Source of the DNA: an uncultured Bacilli bacterium
GTDB taxonomy: Bacteria; Bacillota_I; Bacilli_A; RF39; UBA660
NCBI GenBank assembly: GCA_934090795.1
Contig: CAKOJQ010000003.1
Coordinates: forward strand, 33,252 to 97,251
Direction: 5' to 3'
Length of the DNA: 64,000 nt
Each line of letters opens with the position of its first letter. The stretch's first letter is position 1. The position numbers and the translations under genes were made by a program. Shown piece after piece: positions 40,607-50,202 of the stretch. A model generated the notes under the pieces. It ran no database searches. It was not told the DNA's origin and saw only the letters and a program-made list of their open reading frames with translations.

Positions 40607-40635
40607 ATTATAGCATATTTTTTGAATAAATGCAA
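40607..40635 (-). promoter_or_regulatory. Sigma-A promoter of family member 3: TTGCAT-17-TATAAT
   Basis: Reverse complement: acagTTGCATttattcaaaaaatatgcTATAATacaaagcaatgaaGGGGGAAAgttATG. Confidence 0.5.
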
Positions 40636-40846
40636 CTGTATGTTCGCAATATAACGTGTGATTTTTTCAGGCCAATTTGATTTTTTCACTAATCTAATTC
40701 TTTATTTTTATTAATTTTCGATAAATTAAGGTATTTTGTAATTTTAACTATTGTGAAGTAATATTAATAAACATTTAAAAAATATTTTACAGATAATTTA
40801 TATAAAAACAAAATAACAAATAAAAACATAAATAGTTTAAATAATT

Positions 40847-41380
40847 CTATTTATGTTTTAAATTTGAATTATTACCTAAAGAATATGTTTTAGGTTTTGA
40901 TTCTTGGGCTTCAGTTTGTTCATTAATTTTATCAAGTGTTTCTCCTAATTTTTCGTTTCCATACAATTCTTGGAATTTTAAAAATTTTTGCTTTTCTTCT
41001 TCTAAATAAGCAATCTTTTCATCAGAAGTCATTGTTTTATAATCAATTTTTTCTTCCGATTCGTCTTTAATATTTTCATTTTCTTCTCCACCAAAGAATG
41101 TTTCATCATCTATATATTTTTTCCTTATCACTGGATATATTTTTTCATAATTAGATATCAAAAACAATGGATATATTATATTGAATATAGGAATAATTGA
41201 TAAAAATAATGATTTTGGTATACTTTTAAAATTCATAAAACTTATTTGTGATTCGTCTGCGACTCTATTTAAATCTTTTTTTATTCTTTTCATAGTTATT
41301 GTGACAAATATTTCGCAAATTACAAATGTGAAAATTGCAGATTCACCATAAAATATTAATAGCATTTTTAATAATGACAT
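40847..41380 (-). CDS. Small 2-TM membrane protein, tandem family member 4 (177 aa)
   Basis: Same architecture; a few substitutions in the conserved tail (TSDEKIAY, NEKLGETLDKINEQTEAQ). Confidence 0.55.
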   Translation of the reverse strand: MSLLKMLLIFYGESAIFTFVICEIFVTITMKRIKKDLNRVADESQISFMNFKSIPKSLFLSIIPIFNIIYPLFLISNYEKIYPVIRKKYIDDETFFGGEENENIKDESEEKIDYKTMTSDEKIAYLEEEKQKFLKFQELYGNEKLGETLDKINEQTEAQESKPKTYSLGNNSNLKHK

Positions 41381-41405
41381 AACATTTCCCCCTTCATTGT
41401 TTCGT

Positions 41406-41434
41406 ATTATAGCATATTTTCATGTTGAATACAA
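41406..41434 (-). promoter_or_regulatory. Sigma-A promoter of family member 4: TTGTAT-17-TATAAT
   Basis: Reverse complement: cttttagTTGTATtcaacatgaaaatatgcTATAATacgaaacaatgaaGGGGGAAAtgttATG. Confidence 0.5.
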
Positions 41435-41575
41435 CTAAAAGTTCGTAATATAATATTTAATTTTTTCCGTTTCTTTTTGATTTTTCATTAATTTAATTCT
41501 TTATTTTTGCCAATTATTTCCACTAGATATATACAAACAATTGTTTTAATATATTCTCGTAAGGAGAAATGTTTA

Positions 41576-42844
41576 ATGAATAATAATTTATATTCAAATA
41601 GAAATATTATTGCAATTGATTTAAAAAGTTTTTTTGCTTCTGTTGAATGTATAGAAAGAGGTCTTGATCCATTTACTACTGCTCTAGTTGTTTGTGATCC
41701 AACTAGAAATGGCGCTATTACTTTGGCAGTTACGCCTTTTTTAAAAAATTTAGGAGTTCCATCTAGAGGAAGAGCCTATGATTTACCTAAAAACATTAAA
41801 ATATTTAAAGCACCACCTCGTATGAGCCTATATATTCAAAAAAGCCGTGAGGTTTTAAGCATTTATTTAGAGTATGTTGCTAAAGAAGATATTCATGTCT
41901 ACTCAATTGATGAAGTGTTTTTAGATGTTACTAATTACCTTCATATGTATAATATGACTGATTATGAACTTGCTCAAACTATTATAAATGATATAAAGAA
42001 AAGAACTGGACTTACCACAACAGCCGGAATTGGTCCAAATATATTACTTGCTAAACTCTCAATGGATATTGAAGCTAAACACGTTCAAAATAACATTGCT
42101 AAATGGACTTATGATGATGTTAAAAATAAATTATGGTCTATCACTCCCTTATCAAAAATGTGGAGCATTGGGCCTCGTATGGAACGTAATTTAAATAAGC
42201 TAGGTCTTTATACAGTAGGAGATATTGCCAAATATGATAAAAATAAATTAAAAGATAAATATGGTATTATTGGTATTGAGCTATGGGAGCATGCTAATGG
42301 GATTGATAACGCTAGAATAAGTGATTTTAATAATTATATTCCAAAAGAAAATTCAATTAGTCATAGTCAAATTTTATTTAAAGATTATAATCAAAATAAC
42401 ATAATTCTTATTATAAGAGAAATGGTAAGTGTTTTAGTTAAAAGGTTAAGAACGGCTCATAAACAAACTTCTTCAATTGGTTTAGGAATCGGTTACTCTA
42501 AGGAAACTGGTGGTGGTTTTTATCACGTAACTAAGTTAGATACTAGTACATTTAAAGAAGATGAAATAGCTGATATCTGCTTAAACATGTTTGATAAATA
42601 TTATGAAGAATATATGCCAATTAGAAAAGTTTCAATTTCTTTTGGTAGATTATCTGATGATACCGGAATCCAGCTTAATATATTTGAATCATTTGAAAAA
42701 GAAAAAACAAACAAAAATGGTGAAATTGTTATAGATGAGCTTAATAACAAATATGGTGCTAATATGATTTTGAAAGCATCTAGCTTACTTGAAGATTCTA
42801 CTATTAGAATGCGTAATGGGAAGATAGGAGGTCACAATGCCTAA
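41576..42844 (+). CDS. Y-family (translesion) DNA polymerase, UvrX/YqjW/DinB-like
   Basis: IIAIDLKSFFASVECIERGLDP, SIDEVFLDVT and GIGPN... palm motifs. AAGGAG RBS before the ATG at 41576 (the ORF track's 41507 start is longer). Confidence 0.8.
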   Translation: MNNNLYSNRNIIAIDLKSFFASVECIERGLDPFTTALVVCDPTRNGAITLAVTPFLKNLGVPSRGRAYDLPKNIKIFKAPPRMSLYIQKSREVLSIYLEYVAKEDIHVYSIDEVFLDVTNYLHMYNMTDYELAQTIINDIKKRTGLTTTAGIGPNILLAKLSMDIEAKHVQNNIAKWTYDDVKNKLWSITPLSKMWSIGPRMERNLNKLGLYTVGDIAKYDKNKLKDKYGIIGIELWEHANGIDNARISDFNNYIPKENSISHSQILFKDYNQNNIILIIREMVSVLVKRLRTAHKQTSSIGLGIGYSKETGGGFYHVTKLDTSTFKEDEIADICLNMFDKYYEEYMPIRKVSISFGRLSDDTGIQLNIFESFEKEKTNKNGEIVIDELNNKYGANMILKASSLLEDSTIRMRNGKIGGHNA

Positions 42845-43169
42845 TAGAAACGCGATTAAATGGGCTCCTTTTAATTCAGTTATTAACGGCAACTATATAA
42901 TGAGTATGATAGTTAAAGAAAAATCTAGAATAGTTAAACCTACTTTATCAGAAGAACAAATAAATGAGTTTGAAAATTTAGTTAAAGAATCATTAATTAA
43001 TAAAATACCTTTAGAATTTACTATTTACGATAATGGATATACTAAAAATATAAAAGGAACCGTTACTAAAATAGACAGTTCCTTAAATAAAATATTTTTA
43101 AACTATAATAATCATATCTTCTTTTGTGAAATAATGAATATTAAAAAACTAGATTATTTCTTATCATAA
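42837..43169 (+). CDS. yolD: YolD-like protein (UmuD-analogue partner of Firmicutes Y-family polymerases)
   Basis: 110 aa; NAIKWAPFNSV...KPTLSEEQINEFENLV...FTIYDNGYTKNIKGTVTKID matches the YolD family (IKWQPF...KPELSEDQQEE...). Overlaps the polymerase stop by 8 nt. Confidence 0.65.
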   Translation: MPNRNAIKWAPFNSVINGNYIMSMIVKEKSRIVKPTLSEEQINEFENLVKESLINKIPLEFTIYDNGYTKNIKGTVTKIDSSLNKIFLNYNNHIFFCEIMNIKKLDYFLS

Positions 43170-43999
43170 TCATCTAAAAATGAATGATTTACTCCATCTT
43201 TGTGCCAAGAAAGTATACAATTCATATTAACATTATCCATTGCTTTAAAAATATTAGCATCAACACTTGGATTAATTTTACGTAAATTTTTAATTAGTTC
43301 TTTCATTTCTTTACGTTTACTTGTTCCATCATTTATTAAGGAACAACCTTCTGTAAAACGACATGCACAATTTATAAAAGTTAATTCGTTATAATTTTTC
43401 CAAGCAATAATAGATGCTTCTTTAACTAAATATAATGGTCTAATTAAATCTATTCCTTCATAATTATCAGAATGCAATTTAGGCATCATTGTTTTAATTT
43501 CAGCTCCATAAAACATAGATAAAAGGGTTGTTTCAATAACATCATCAAAGTGATGACCTAGCGCAATTTTGTTGCATCCTAACTCTTTAGCATGATTGTA
43601 TAAATATCCTCTACGCATCCTTGCACATAAATAGCAAGGACTTTTTGAATCCACATTAGCAACTACATCAAAAATATCACTTTCAAACATCTCTAATGGA
43701 ATATTTAATATTTTTGCGTTATCTAATATAAAATTACGATTATATTCATTATAACCAGGATCCATAACAACATAATGAGCATTAAATTTAACGTTGCCAT
43801 GTCTTTGTAATTCTTGAATACACTTCGCAAGTAAAAATGAATCTTTTCCTCCACTAATACAAACCATGACATTATCATTTTCTTCAATTAATTTATAATC
43901 AGAAACGGCTTTAACAAATTTAGACCATATTTCTTTACGATATGTTGTTATAATGCTTCTTTCTATTTCTTTATACTTCTCCATTTTTAACCTCTTCAT
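43154..43999 (-). CDS. ttcA: PP-loop ATPase of the TtcA family (tRNA 2-thiocytidine synthase-like)
   Basis: SGGKDS PP-loop (VMVCISGGKDSFLLA). Two Cys motifs (CYLCARM; CACRFTEGC). 281 aa. Overlaps the upstream cysteine desulfurase gene. Confidence 0.65.
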   Translation of the reverse strand: MKRLKMEKYKEIERSIITTYRKEIWSKFVKAVSDYKLIEENDNVMVCISGGKDSFLLAKCIQELQRHGNVKFNAHYVVMDPGYNEYNRNFILDNAKILNIPLEMFESDIFDVVANVDSKSPCYLCARMRRGYLYNHAKELGCNKIALGHHFDDVIETTLLSMFYGAEIKTMMPKLHSDNYEGIDLIRPLYLVKEASIIAWKNYNELTFINCACRFTEGCSLINDGTSKRKEMKELIKNLRKINPSVDANIFKAMDNVNMNCILSWHKDGVNHSFLDDYDKK

Positions 44000-45101
44000 A
44001 CACTTTATTAAATATTTTTATAAATTCATCTAGTTCTTCTTTAGTTGTTAAATAAGATAAACTAATTCTAATTGATGAACTAGCTCTTCCTTTATCTTTA
44101 GTTAGTGCATACACTAGTTTTGAAGGTGTCATTATTGGACAACAACTAGTTTTACTAGAAACCATTACTCCATTTTGATTTAATTTATCAACAAAAAGAA
44201 CTGATTTTACTTTCTTAACACTTATATTAATTGTATAAGGCAAGCTATTTGCAGTACTATTAATAATTACATCTTTATTTTGTTTTAATAAGTTAATTAA
44301 ATAATCATGAAGTTCCTTAACATATTTATATCTTTCATCTAAATTTTTATATGCTTTTTCAATTGCAACCGCCGTACTCGCAATTAAATTGGTATTAGGA
44401 GTACCACTACGATAAACAGTTGTTGATTTGCCACCTAATATTTGAGGTTTTAACTCGATATTTTTTCTTTTTACTAAAATAGATATTCCCATTAGCCCAT
44501 AAAATTTATGCGGAGCAATAGTTACTAAATCAGTATTTTGAATATCTATATTAATTTTACCAATTGCTTGAGATGCATCGGTATGAAAAATAATATGATC
44601 ATAATTTATTAAAAGTTTTCCAATTTCTTGAATAGGTTGTTTTATTCCAAGTTCTGAATCAACAGAGGTTACTGATACTAAAATTGTTGTAGGTTTAATC
44701 ATACTCTTTAAAACATCTATGTCAACTATTCCATCTTTGTTAACTGGAATCATTTCTACTTCAAAGCCTTCTTCTTGCAAACGTAAACAAGCACTCATTA
44801 CCGAATTATGTTCAAGGCTGCTAACTAAAATATGATTTCCAAAATTTTTATATCGATAAGATGCACCTAATATCGCTAGATTATTACTTTCAGTAGCACC
44901 ACTTGTATAAATTATTTCATCAGGATTAATATTTAAAATTTTTGCAATTTTTTTATTAGCATCATCTATAACTTTTTTAGCCATCATTCCCATATCATGA
45001 TTAGAGTTTGGATTGCCATAATACTTATTTGTAACATTTATATAGCAATCTAACACATCTTTATCAACCGGAGTTGCTGAAGCATAATCTAAATATATCA
45101 T
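43971..45101 (-). CDS. Cysteine desulfurase (NifS/IscS-type class V aminotransferase)
   Basis: IYLDYASATP N-terminus, PLP-lysine region IAPHKFYG, C-terminal active-site Cys region (SSKTSCCP). 376 aa. Confidence 0.8.
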   Translation of the reverse strand: MIYLDYASATPVDKDVLDCYINVTNKYYGNPNSNHDMGMMAKKVIDDANKKIAKILNINPDEIIYTSGATESNNLAILGASYRYKNFGNHILVSSLEHNSVMSACLRLQEEGFEVEMIPVNKDGIVDIDVLKSMIKPTTILVSVTSVDSELGIKQPIQEIGKLLINYDHIIFHTDASQAIGKINIDIQNTDLVTIAPHKFYGLMGISILVKRKNIELKPQILGGKSTTVYRSGTPNTNLIASTAVAIEKAYKNLDERYKYVKELHDYLINLLKQNKDVIINSTANSLPYTINISVKKVKSVLFVDKLNQNGVMVSSKTSCCPIMTPSKLVYALTKDKGRASSSIRISLSYLTTKEELDEFIKIFNKVYEEVKNGEV

Positions 45102-45160
45102 AGGTCCTCCTTAAATATTTATCTAATTTATTATAGAAAAAAAACAATTAATAGTAAATA

Positions 45161-45598
45161 TTAATCATTCTTATTTTCTTGTAAATAACATTTTTCTTTT
45201 ATAATAGTTGAAGATAATCCTCTATTATATGGAAAATAAACAAAATCTACACCTTTAGGCTTTAACTTTAATTCATTTTGATTATATAAAGGAGAATTAT
45301 TCCAATCAGAGCCATGAAAAATAACATTAAAATTTTCTTGTTCCCAAGCAACACTTTTATCTAATGTAGTTTGGGGAATCACTTTATCAACGTATTTAAT
45401 AGCGTTTACAATTTCCATTCTTTGTTCTAAAGGAATTACTGGTGTTTTTCCTTTATATTCTTCTACTAACTCATCTGTACTAACACCAACAATTAAATAA
45501 TCGCACATTGATTTAGCCTGTTTTAAAATATGTAAATGTTCAACATGAAATAAATCAAACACTCCTGTTGTATAACCAATTTTATATTTCTTTTTCAT
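45161..45598 (-). CDS. Cytidylyltransferase of the TagD/glycerol-3-phosphate cytidylyltransferase family
   Basis: IGYTTGVFDLFHVEHLHILKQAK (HxGH), VGVSTDE, and the RYVD and ISST-type motifs align with TagD. Confidence 0.6.
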   Translation of the reverse strand: MKKKYKIGYTTGVFDLFHVEHLHILKQAKSMCDYLIVGVSTDELVEEYKGKTPVIPLEQRMEIVNAIKYVDKVIPQTTLDKSVAWEQENFNVIFHGSDWNNSPLYNQNELKLKPKGVDFVYFPYNRGLSSTIIKEKCYLQENKND

Positions 45599-45953
45599 AC
45601 TTTTCTCCTTTCCTTTAAAATAACTTAATAATTTATTATATGCTTAATATAATTTTGTACTACTTTTTTCCAAATAAAAACAATCTTTTTTCGTTCGAAT
45701 ATTATCCGTTATAGCACGTATTCAATAAAAAAGCAAACATTTTTTCTAATAGTGCATTTTAAGTAAAAGAAAAAGACATATAAACATATACATCTTAGAT
45801 CTTAAAATTTATCTATTAATTTTAATTTAACCAAACTAATTAAAGATTCATTATTAAAATATTCATTATATTTTTTACTCTCTTTTTGAAATTTTTTTAA
45901 TAAATTTCTGTTATATTCTTCAAAAAAATAGCTATTATTAACCATACTAGAAT

Positions 45954-46364
45954 CTATGCTTTAAATTTTATAATTTTTTCTTCAATAACTTTAAGGATTC
46001 CAATATAATTATTATTGCAAACTATCAAATATTTATTATTTAATTTATACCTAGTAAAAGAATGGTATAAATTAATTTTATAATCAAATTTTTTACTTAA
46101 AAGTGTTTTTATTTCTTCTTCACTATAATATAAAACTCCATATTTAGAATATTCTTTTGTCTTAATATTATTACATCTTTTAATATTTTCTTTATAAATT
46201 ACCTTATCATATAAACTTTGATACCTACTCAAAAATATTTTATCTTTAAAATTTTTATTTTTCTTTTCATTTATAATTAACCATTTGTTATCTAGTTTTT
46301 CTAGTTCTTCCGATTTATTATAATTTTTCATTGCAACTAAAATAAGATAATTTTTAACTTTCAT
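45954..46364 (-). CDS. Hypothetical protein (136 aa)
   Basis: ORF only. Confidence 0.25.
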   Translation of the reverse strand: MKVKNYLILVAMKNYNKSEELEKLDNKWLIINEKKNKNFKDKIFLSRYQSLYDKVIYKENIKRCNNIKTKEYSKYGVLYYSEEEIKTLLSKKFDYKINLYHSFTRYKLNNKYLIVCNNNYIGILKVIEEKIIKFKA

Positions 46365-46379
46365 TAAATAATTATATTC

Positions 46380-46568
46380 TTATTTACTATAATCAGATAA
46401 GTAATCACTTGGTATCGTAAATGATTCTGGATAATTATATAAAGATTTTATAACATCATCAAAATTACAAGTATGACAAATATTTTCATCTAAACTATAA
46501 TGATATAGAAGGCTTACCTTTATTACATCACCCACAGCATCTAACAAACAGACATTTACATTAACCAT
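46380..46568 (-). CDS. Hypothetical small protein (62 aa)
   Basis: ORF only. Confidence 0.2.
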   Translation of the reverse strand: MVNVNVCLLDAVGDVIKVSLLYHYSLDENICHTCNFDDVIKSLYNYPESFTIPSDYLSDYSK

Positions 46569-46712
46569 ATAATTTATATAATTTATCCACTTAAATATTT
46601 TTTATCTTTATCATAGTATGAACATGGAAGATAACAATTCTTAAATCTTTTATATACTTTACTTTAATAATAACCTCTAATTAAAGAAAAAAGTATAACT
46701 TAATATACTTTT

Positions 46713-47843
46713 CTAATATTCATACCATAATCCATCTTTTCTTAACTTAGCAACAATTTGGGTATGTTCTTTATAAGTAGATGCAAAATATGTTTTTTTA
46801 TTTTTATCGGCAACAAAATAATAATAATCATGTTCTTCTGGTTCCATAACTGCATTTATTGAGTTTAGCGAAGGACTATCAATAGGTCCAATTGGTAAGC
46901 CGGTAAAAGCGCAAGTATTTTCACTTCTTGTATTATATTTATTACATGATTTTAAATTATTATTAGTTAAATCTTTTGAAAAATCTTTATTAACTGCATA
47001 ATAAGTTGTAGCATCAGATCCAAGTGTCCATCCTGCTTCTATTCTATTATAAAATACTCCTGCAACACCTGCTCTATCATCAGAATTAGCACCCTCTAAC
47101 TCAACTATTGAAGCAAGAGTAAGTAACTCATGAACACTAAGTTTACTAACATTTATATCTTCTTTGTAAACCTCTAATTTTTTTCCCATTGTATAAATCA
47201 TCTTATTTAATATTTCTTCAATAGTAGAATTCTTTTTAAAATCATAAGTATCAGCAAATAAATATCCTTCTAAAGGATGATAAATTCCATCTTGTTTTAC
47301 CTCATCAGTAATAAAATCATATGTACTTATCATTTTATTAACAAATTCATCACTATCAGCAACAGCTATAACATCATCAGCTTTATAACCAAATTTAGTT
47401 TCGATAACTTTAGCATAATCATTTAATCTCTTGCCTTCAATAAAAGTAACCTGAACAATTTCATTTTCTAAAGAAGTATTTTTATGTAAAGCATTAATTA
47501 TATCATCAACACTCATACTCTTGGATAAATTATAAGTTCCAGCATACAATTCTTTATTGCTATTTAATTTAATATAAATCTTAAATACAGTTGCATTTTT
47601 TATTAATCCTGCTTTTTCTAAATCATCAGCTATCTTATTTTTACCAGTATTGTTTTTTATTTCAAACTTAATAATTTCATTGGTTTTCTTATCTACTGGG
47701 GATAAATAATAATCACTTGCTACAATAAATGAAACAAGCAGAACTATAACTATTCCACAAATTATTAATATTATTTTATTAGCACCAATTTTTTTACTTT
47801 TATTAGTATTTTCCTTATTTACTTTCTTCTCCACTTTCTTCAC
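46713..47843 (-). CDS. mltG: Endolytic murein transglycosylase MltG (YceG family)
   Basis: N-terminal TM, YceG core, C-terminal ...YYYFVADKNKKTYFASTYKEHTQ. Synteny ruvX-DUF1292-mltG as in Bacillus yrrK-yrzB-yrrL. Confidence 0.8.
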   Translation of the reverse strand: MKKVEKKVNKENTNKSKKIGANKIILIICGIVIVLLVSFIVASDYYLSPVDKKTNEIIKFEIKNNTGKNKIADDLEKAGLIKNATVFKIYIKLNSNKELYAGTYNLSKSMSVDDIINALHKNTSLENEIVQVTFIEGKRLNDYAKVIETKFGYKADDVIAVADSDEFVNKMISTYDFITDEVKQDGIYHPLEGYLFADTYDFKKNSTIEEILNKMIYTMGKKLEVYKEDINVSKLSVHELLTLASIVELEGANSDDRAGVAGVFYNRIEAGWTLGSDATTYYAVNKDFSKDLTNNNLKSCNKYNTRSENTCAFTGLPIGPIDSPSLNSINAVMEPEEHDYYYFVADKNKKTYFASTYKEHTQIVAKLRKDGLWYEY

Positions 47844-48108
47844 CTATTTTTTCTTGTAATGAAGATAATAATCCTTCAACTACTTCCCACTCTTTATCTG
47901 TTTCAATTTGACCTAAATTTATATCTTTTCCACTTGGATCATACGTATTAGCATAAACTTTTATTTTCCCATTATCATCTAATGTGTTATCTGTAAAAAC
48001 AATATAACTCTTCTTAAATTCATCAGAATCAAAAGTAAATAAAACATTACATGTTAATTCTTCTCCCTTATTATTTTTAATTGTAAATGTTCCATTTGCA
48101 TTATTCAT
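47815..48108 (-). CDS. DUF1292/YrzB-family protein
   Basis: ELTCNVLFTFDSDEFKKSYIVFTD matches YrzB (EVLFTFESDEFGKSYVLY). Confidence 0.6.
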   Translation of the reverse strand: MNNANGTFTIKNNKGEELTCNVLFTFDSDEFKKSYIVFTDNTLDDNGKIKVYANTYDPSGKDINLGQIETDKEWEVVEGLLSSLQEKIGEESGEESK

Positions 48109-48521
48109 TTTTTCTCTTCCCTTCTTAAATATGTATCTAATATGATAGCAGCTGCTGTATTATCAATATGTTCTTTTCTTTTCTTTCTTGACATATCATA
48201 ATCAAGTAACACTCTCTCTGCTTCAATAGTTGATAATCTTTCATCAATCAATTCAATCTTTAAGTTAGTTTTTTCTTCTAATAGTTTTTTAAAATTTAAA
48301 CTTCTTTCACTTGCAAAACCAAGTGAATTATTCATATTTTTAGGTAAACCCAAAACTAAATTTTCAACCTTTTCTTTTTCAATTATTTTTAAAACTTCAT
48401 TAACAGCATCATCCATATTATTATATTTAATTAATTTATAAGGTGATGCTATAATTCCTTGTTTATCTGATATAGCAAGTCCCAAAGTTTTAGTACCTAA
48501 ATCCATCCCTAATGTTCTCAT
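48105..48521 (-). CDS. ruvX: Putative pre-16S rRNA nuclease/Holliday junction resolvase-like YqgF
   Basis: MRTLGMDLGTKTLGLAISD N-terminal RNase H-like motif; 138 aa. Confidence 0.85.
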   Translation of the reverse strand: MRTLGMDLGTKTLGLAISDKQGIIASPYKLIKYNNMDDAVNEVLKIIEKEKVENLVLGLPKNMNNSLGFASERSLNFKKLLEEKTNLKIELIDERLSTIEAERVLLDYDMSRKKRKEHIDNTAAAIILDTYLRREEKK

Positions 48522-48817
48522 TTAATAAAATAATTCTCCACTAACAATGAAATTAACTTAACTTTTTCTATTTTAACAATCTTATCTCTAGCTTTTTTAT
48601 AATTTGTTATAAACATTGGATCATCTGTAATTAAATATCCAGTTATTTGATTTACCGGATTATAACCACTCTCTTCTAAAGCTTCAAATACTTCAAAAAA
48701 AGTTTTACTAACTAAAGCACTTTCAATTTTTCTTTGGTCAAACAAAGATGTATTATCTAACATACTACCACCACTCAACATATCAATTATAACAAAATAA
48801 GTATGAAATTGAAACAA
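48518..48817 (-). CDS. ireB: UPF0297/IreB-family protein (likely starts at an internal Met, MLDNTS...)
   Basis: ESGYNPVNQITGYLITDDPMFITNYKKARDKI matches the YrzL/IreB signature ([20 protein letters not shown]). Confidence 0.6.
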   Translation of the reverse strand: MFQFHTYFVIIDMLSGGSMLDNTSLFDQRKIESALVSKTFFEVFEALEESGYNPVNQITGYLITDDPMFITNYKKARDKIVKIEKVKLISLLVENYFIK

Positions 48818-48868
48818 AAAAACACCGATAAATTTATCTCTATCTAGTGTCTCTTTTATAATATTTTT

Positions 48869-49507
48869 TTATCTTCTTTTTGCAGCATTATTTGAATTAG
48901 ATAATGATCTATCATTTGTTAATCTTAATACTTTTGCATCAGCACATGGAGTATTATAATAACCTCCAACTTCATTCTTTCTTGATGGAATATTGAAAAC
49001 ATAATCACGAGATGCAGTTAAATCAGTCTCAACGTAATTTACATTCTCTTTCATTTCACCAATTTCTTTTTCTAACTTTTTAATTCTAATTTTTGATTCT
49101 TTAATTTTCTTAGGAATCTTTTCATCACGTATTTTAATTAACTTATAAAAATCTCCTTCTTTAATATTATTAGCAATACATACAATTGGAGTTACAACAA
49201 CTGCAGTAAGAATTAAAGTAGCCCACAAAATTGGATTAGTTGTCTTAACAACAGCTGCAGCAGCAAGTTGAAATCCTGACAATATAGCAAAACAGCTAGA
49301 CAACCATTTTTTATTTTGAATACGATTATTAACTCTTTTTTTACATTTAGCAAGTTCATTAACTTTTGCTTTTTCTTGTTCTAATCTATTTTCTTTTCTA
49401 AGAATTTTACTCATATCAGAACTATTTCCTTCTAAAGTAACAACCTTAACATCACCATCAGTAACAATACCTGTAGTTTCATTTAATGAAATAACATTTT
49501 TATTCAT
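48869..49507 (-). CDS. Hypothetical 2-TM membrane protein with coiled-coil segments (212 aa)
   Basis: TMs FAILSGFQLAAAAVV and WATLILTAVVVTPIVCI. TTGCTT-17-TATAAT promoter upstream. Confidence 0.35.
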   Translation of the reverse strand: MNKNVISLNETTGIVTDGDVKVVTLEGNSSDMSKILRKENRLEQEKAKVNELAKCKKRVNNRIQNKKWLSSCFAILSGFQLAAAAVVKTTNPILWATLILTAVVVTPIVCIANNIKEGDFYKLIKIRDEKIPKKIKESKIRIKKLEKEIGEMKENVNYVETDLTASRDYVFNIPSRKNEVGGYYNTPCADAKVLRLTNDRSLSNSNNAAKRR

Positions 49508-49599
49508 AATATTTCACCTTTCCCCTTCAAATTACACATATTATAGCACATAAATAGTAAAAAAGCAAACATTTTTTCTTATTATGTTCTTATTAGCAA

Positions 49600-50178
49600 T
49601 TATACTATATATTTTAGTTCCTTATTATAATCATTTATATTTCCAACCACCCCATAAATTATTATCTCTAATTCCTTAAATTTAAATAATTTTTTATTAT
49701 AAATAGAATCTAAAATCATTATAAAATCTAACTTACTATAATCAACACCACTATTTAAAACATAATTAATTACACCTAACTTATAATTACTGCTTTTCTT
49801 TAAATAAGCAACATAATCATAATTAAAAGAAGAAATGTAATATTTATTCTTAGGATTATCTAAATATTTAGTTATGTCAATCTTTTCCTTTAATTCTATA
49901 ATCATCACTTTATTTTGATATCGATTAATTACATCTTCTAACTTAGGAATATCAATATTCTTATTCCTTAATTCTTGATAAGTAAAATTTCTTAATAATC
50001 CTTTTTCTTCAAACACTCTTGATAAAAAAGAATCATGGAGTATAACCGGAATTTTATCTTTAGTTAGTCTTACATCAAATTCAATACCTTGATATCCATT
50101 TTTAAATGCATTATCAAAGGCCTCAATTGTATTTTCTTTAATATTATCATCATATAAACCACGATGCGCTATAAACAT
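49600..50178 (-). CDS. Glycerophosphodiester phosphodiesterase family protein (short form)
   Basis: MFIAHRG...ENT..AF...G..GIEFDVRLTKD..PVILHD is the GDPD catalytic N-terminus. Confidence 0.7.
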   Translation of the reverse strand: MFIAHRGLYDDNIKENTIEAFDNAFKNGYQGIEFDVRLTKDKIPVILHDSFLSRVFEEKGLLRNFTYQELRNKNIDIPKLEDVINRYQNKVMIIELKEKIDITKYLDNPKNKYYISSFNYDYVAYLKKSSNYKLGVINYVLNSGVDYSKLDFIMILDSIYNKKLFKFKELEIIIYGVVGNINDYNKELKYIV

Positions 50179-50202
50179 AAAAAATCACCTTAATATATTT
50201 TA

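Noticed and set aside
45690-45730. GTTCGAAT-like string (cgttcgaatattatcc) checked as a possible tRNA T-arm.
   Set aside because: No matching acceptor or anticodon arms. No tRNA or rRNA genes were found anywhere in the window.
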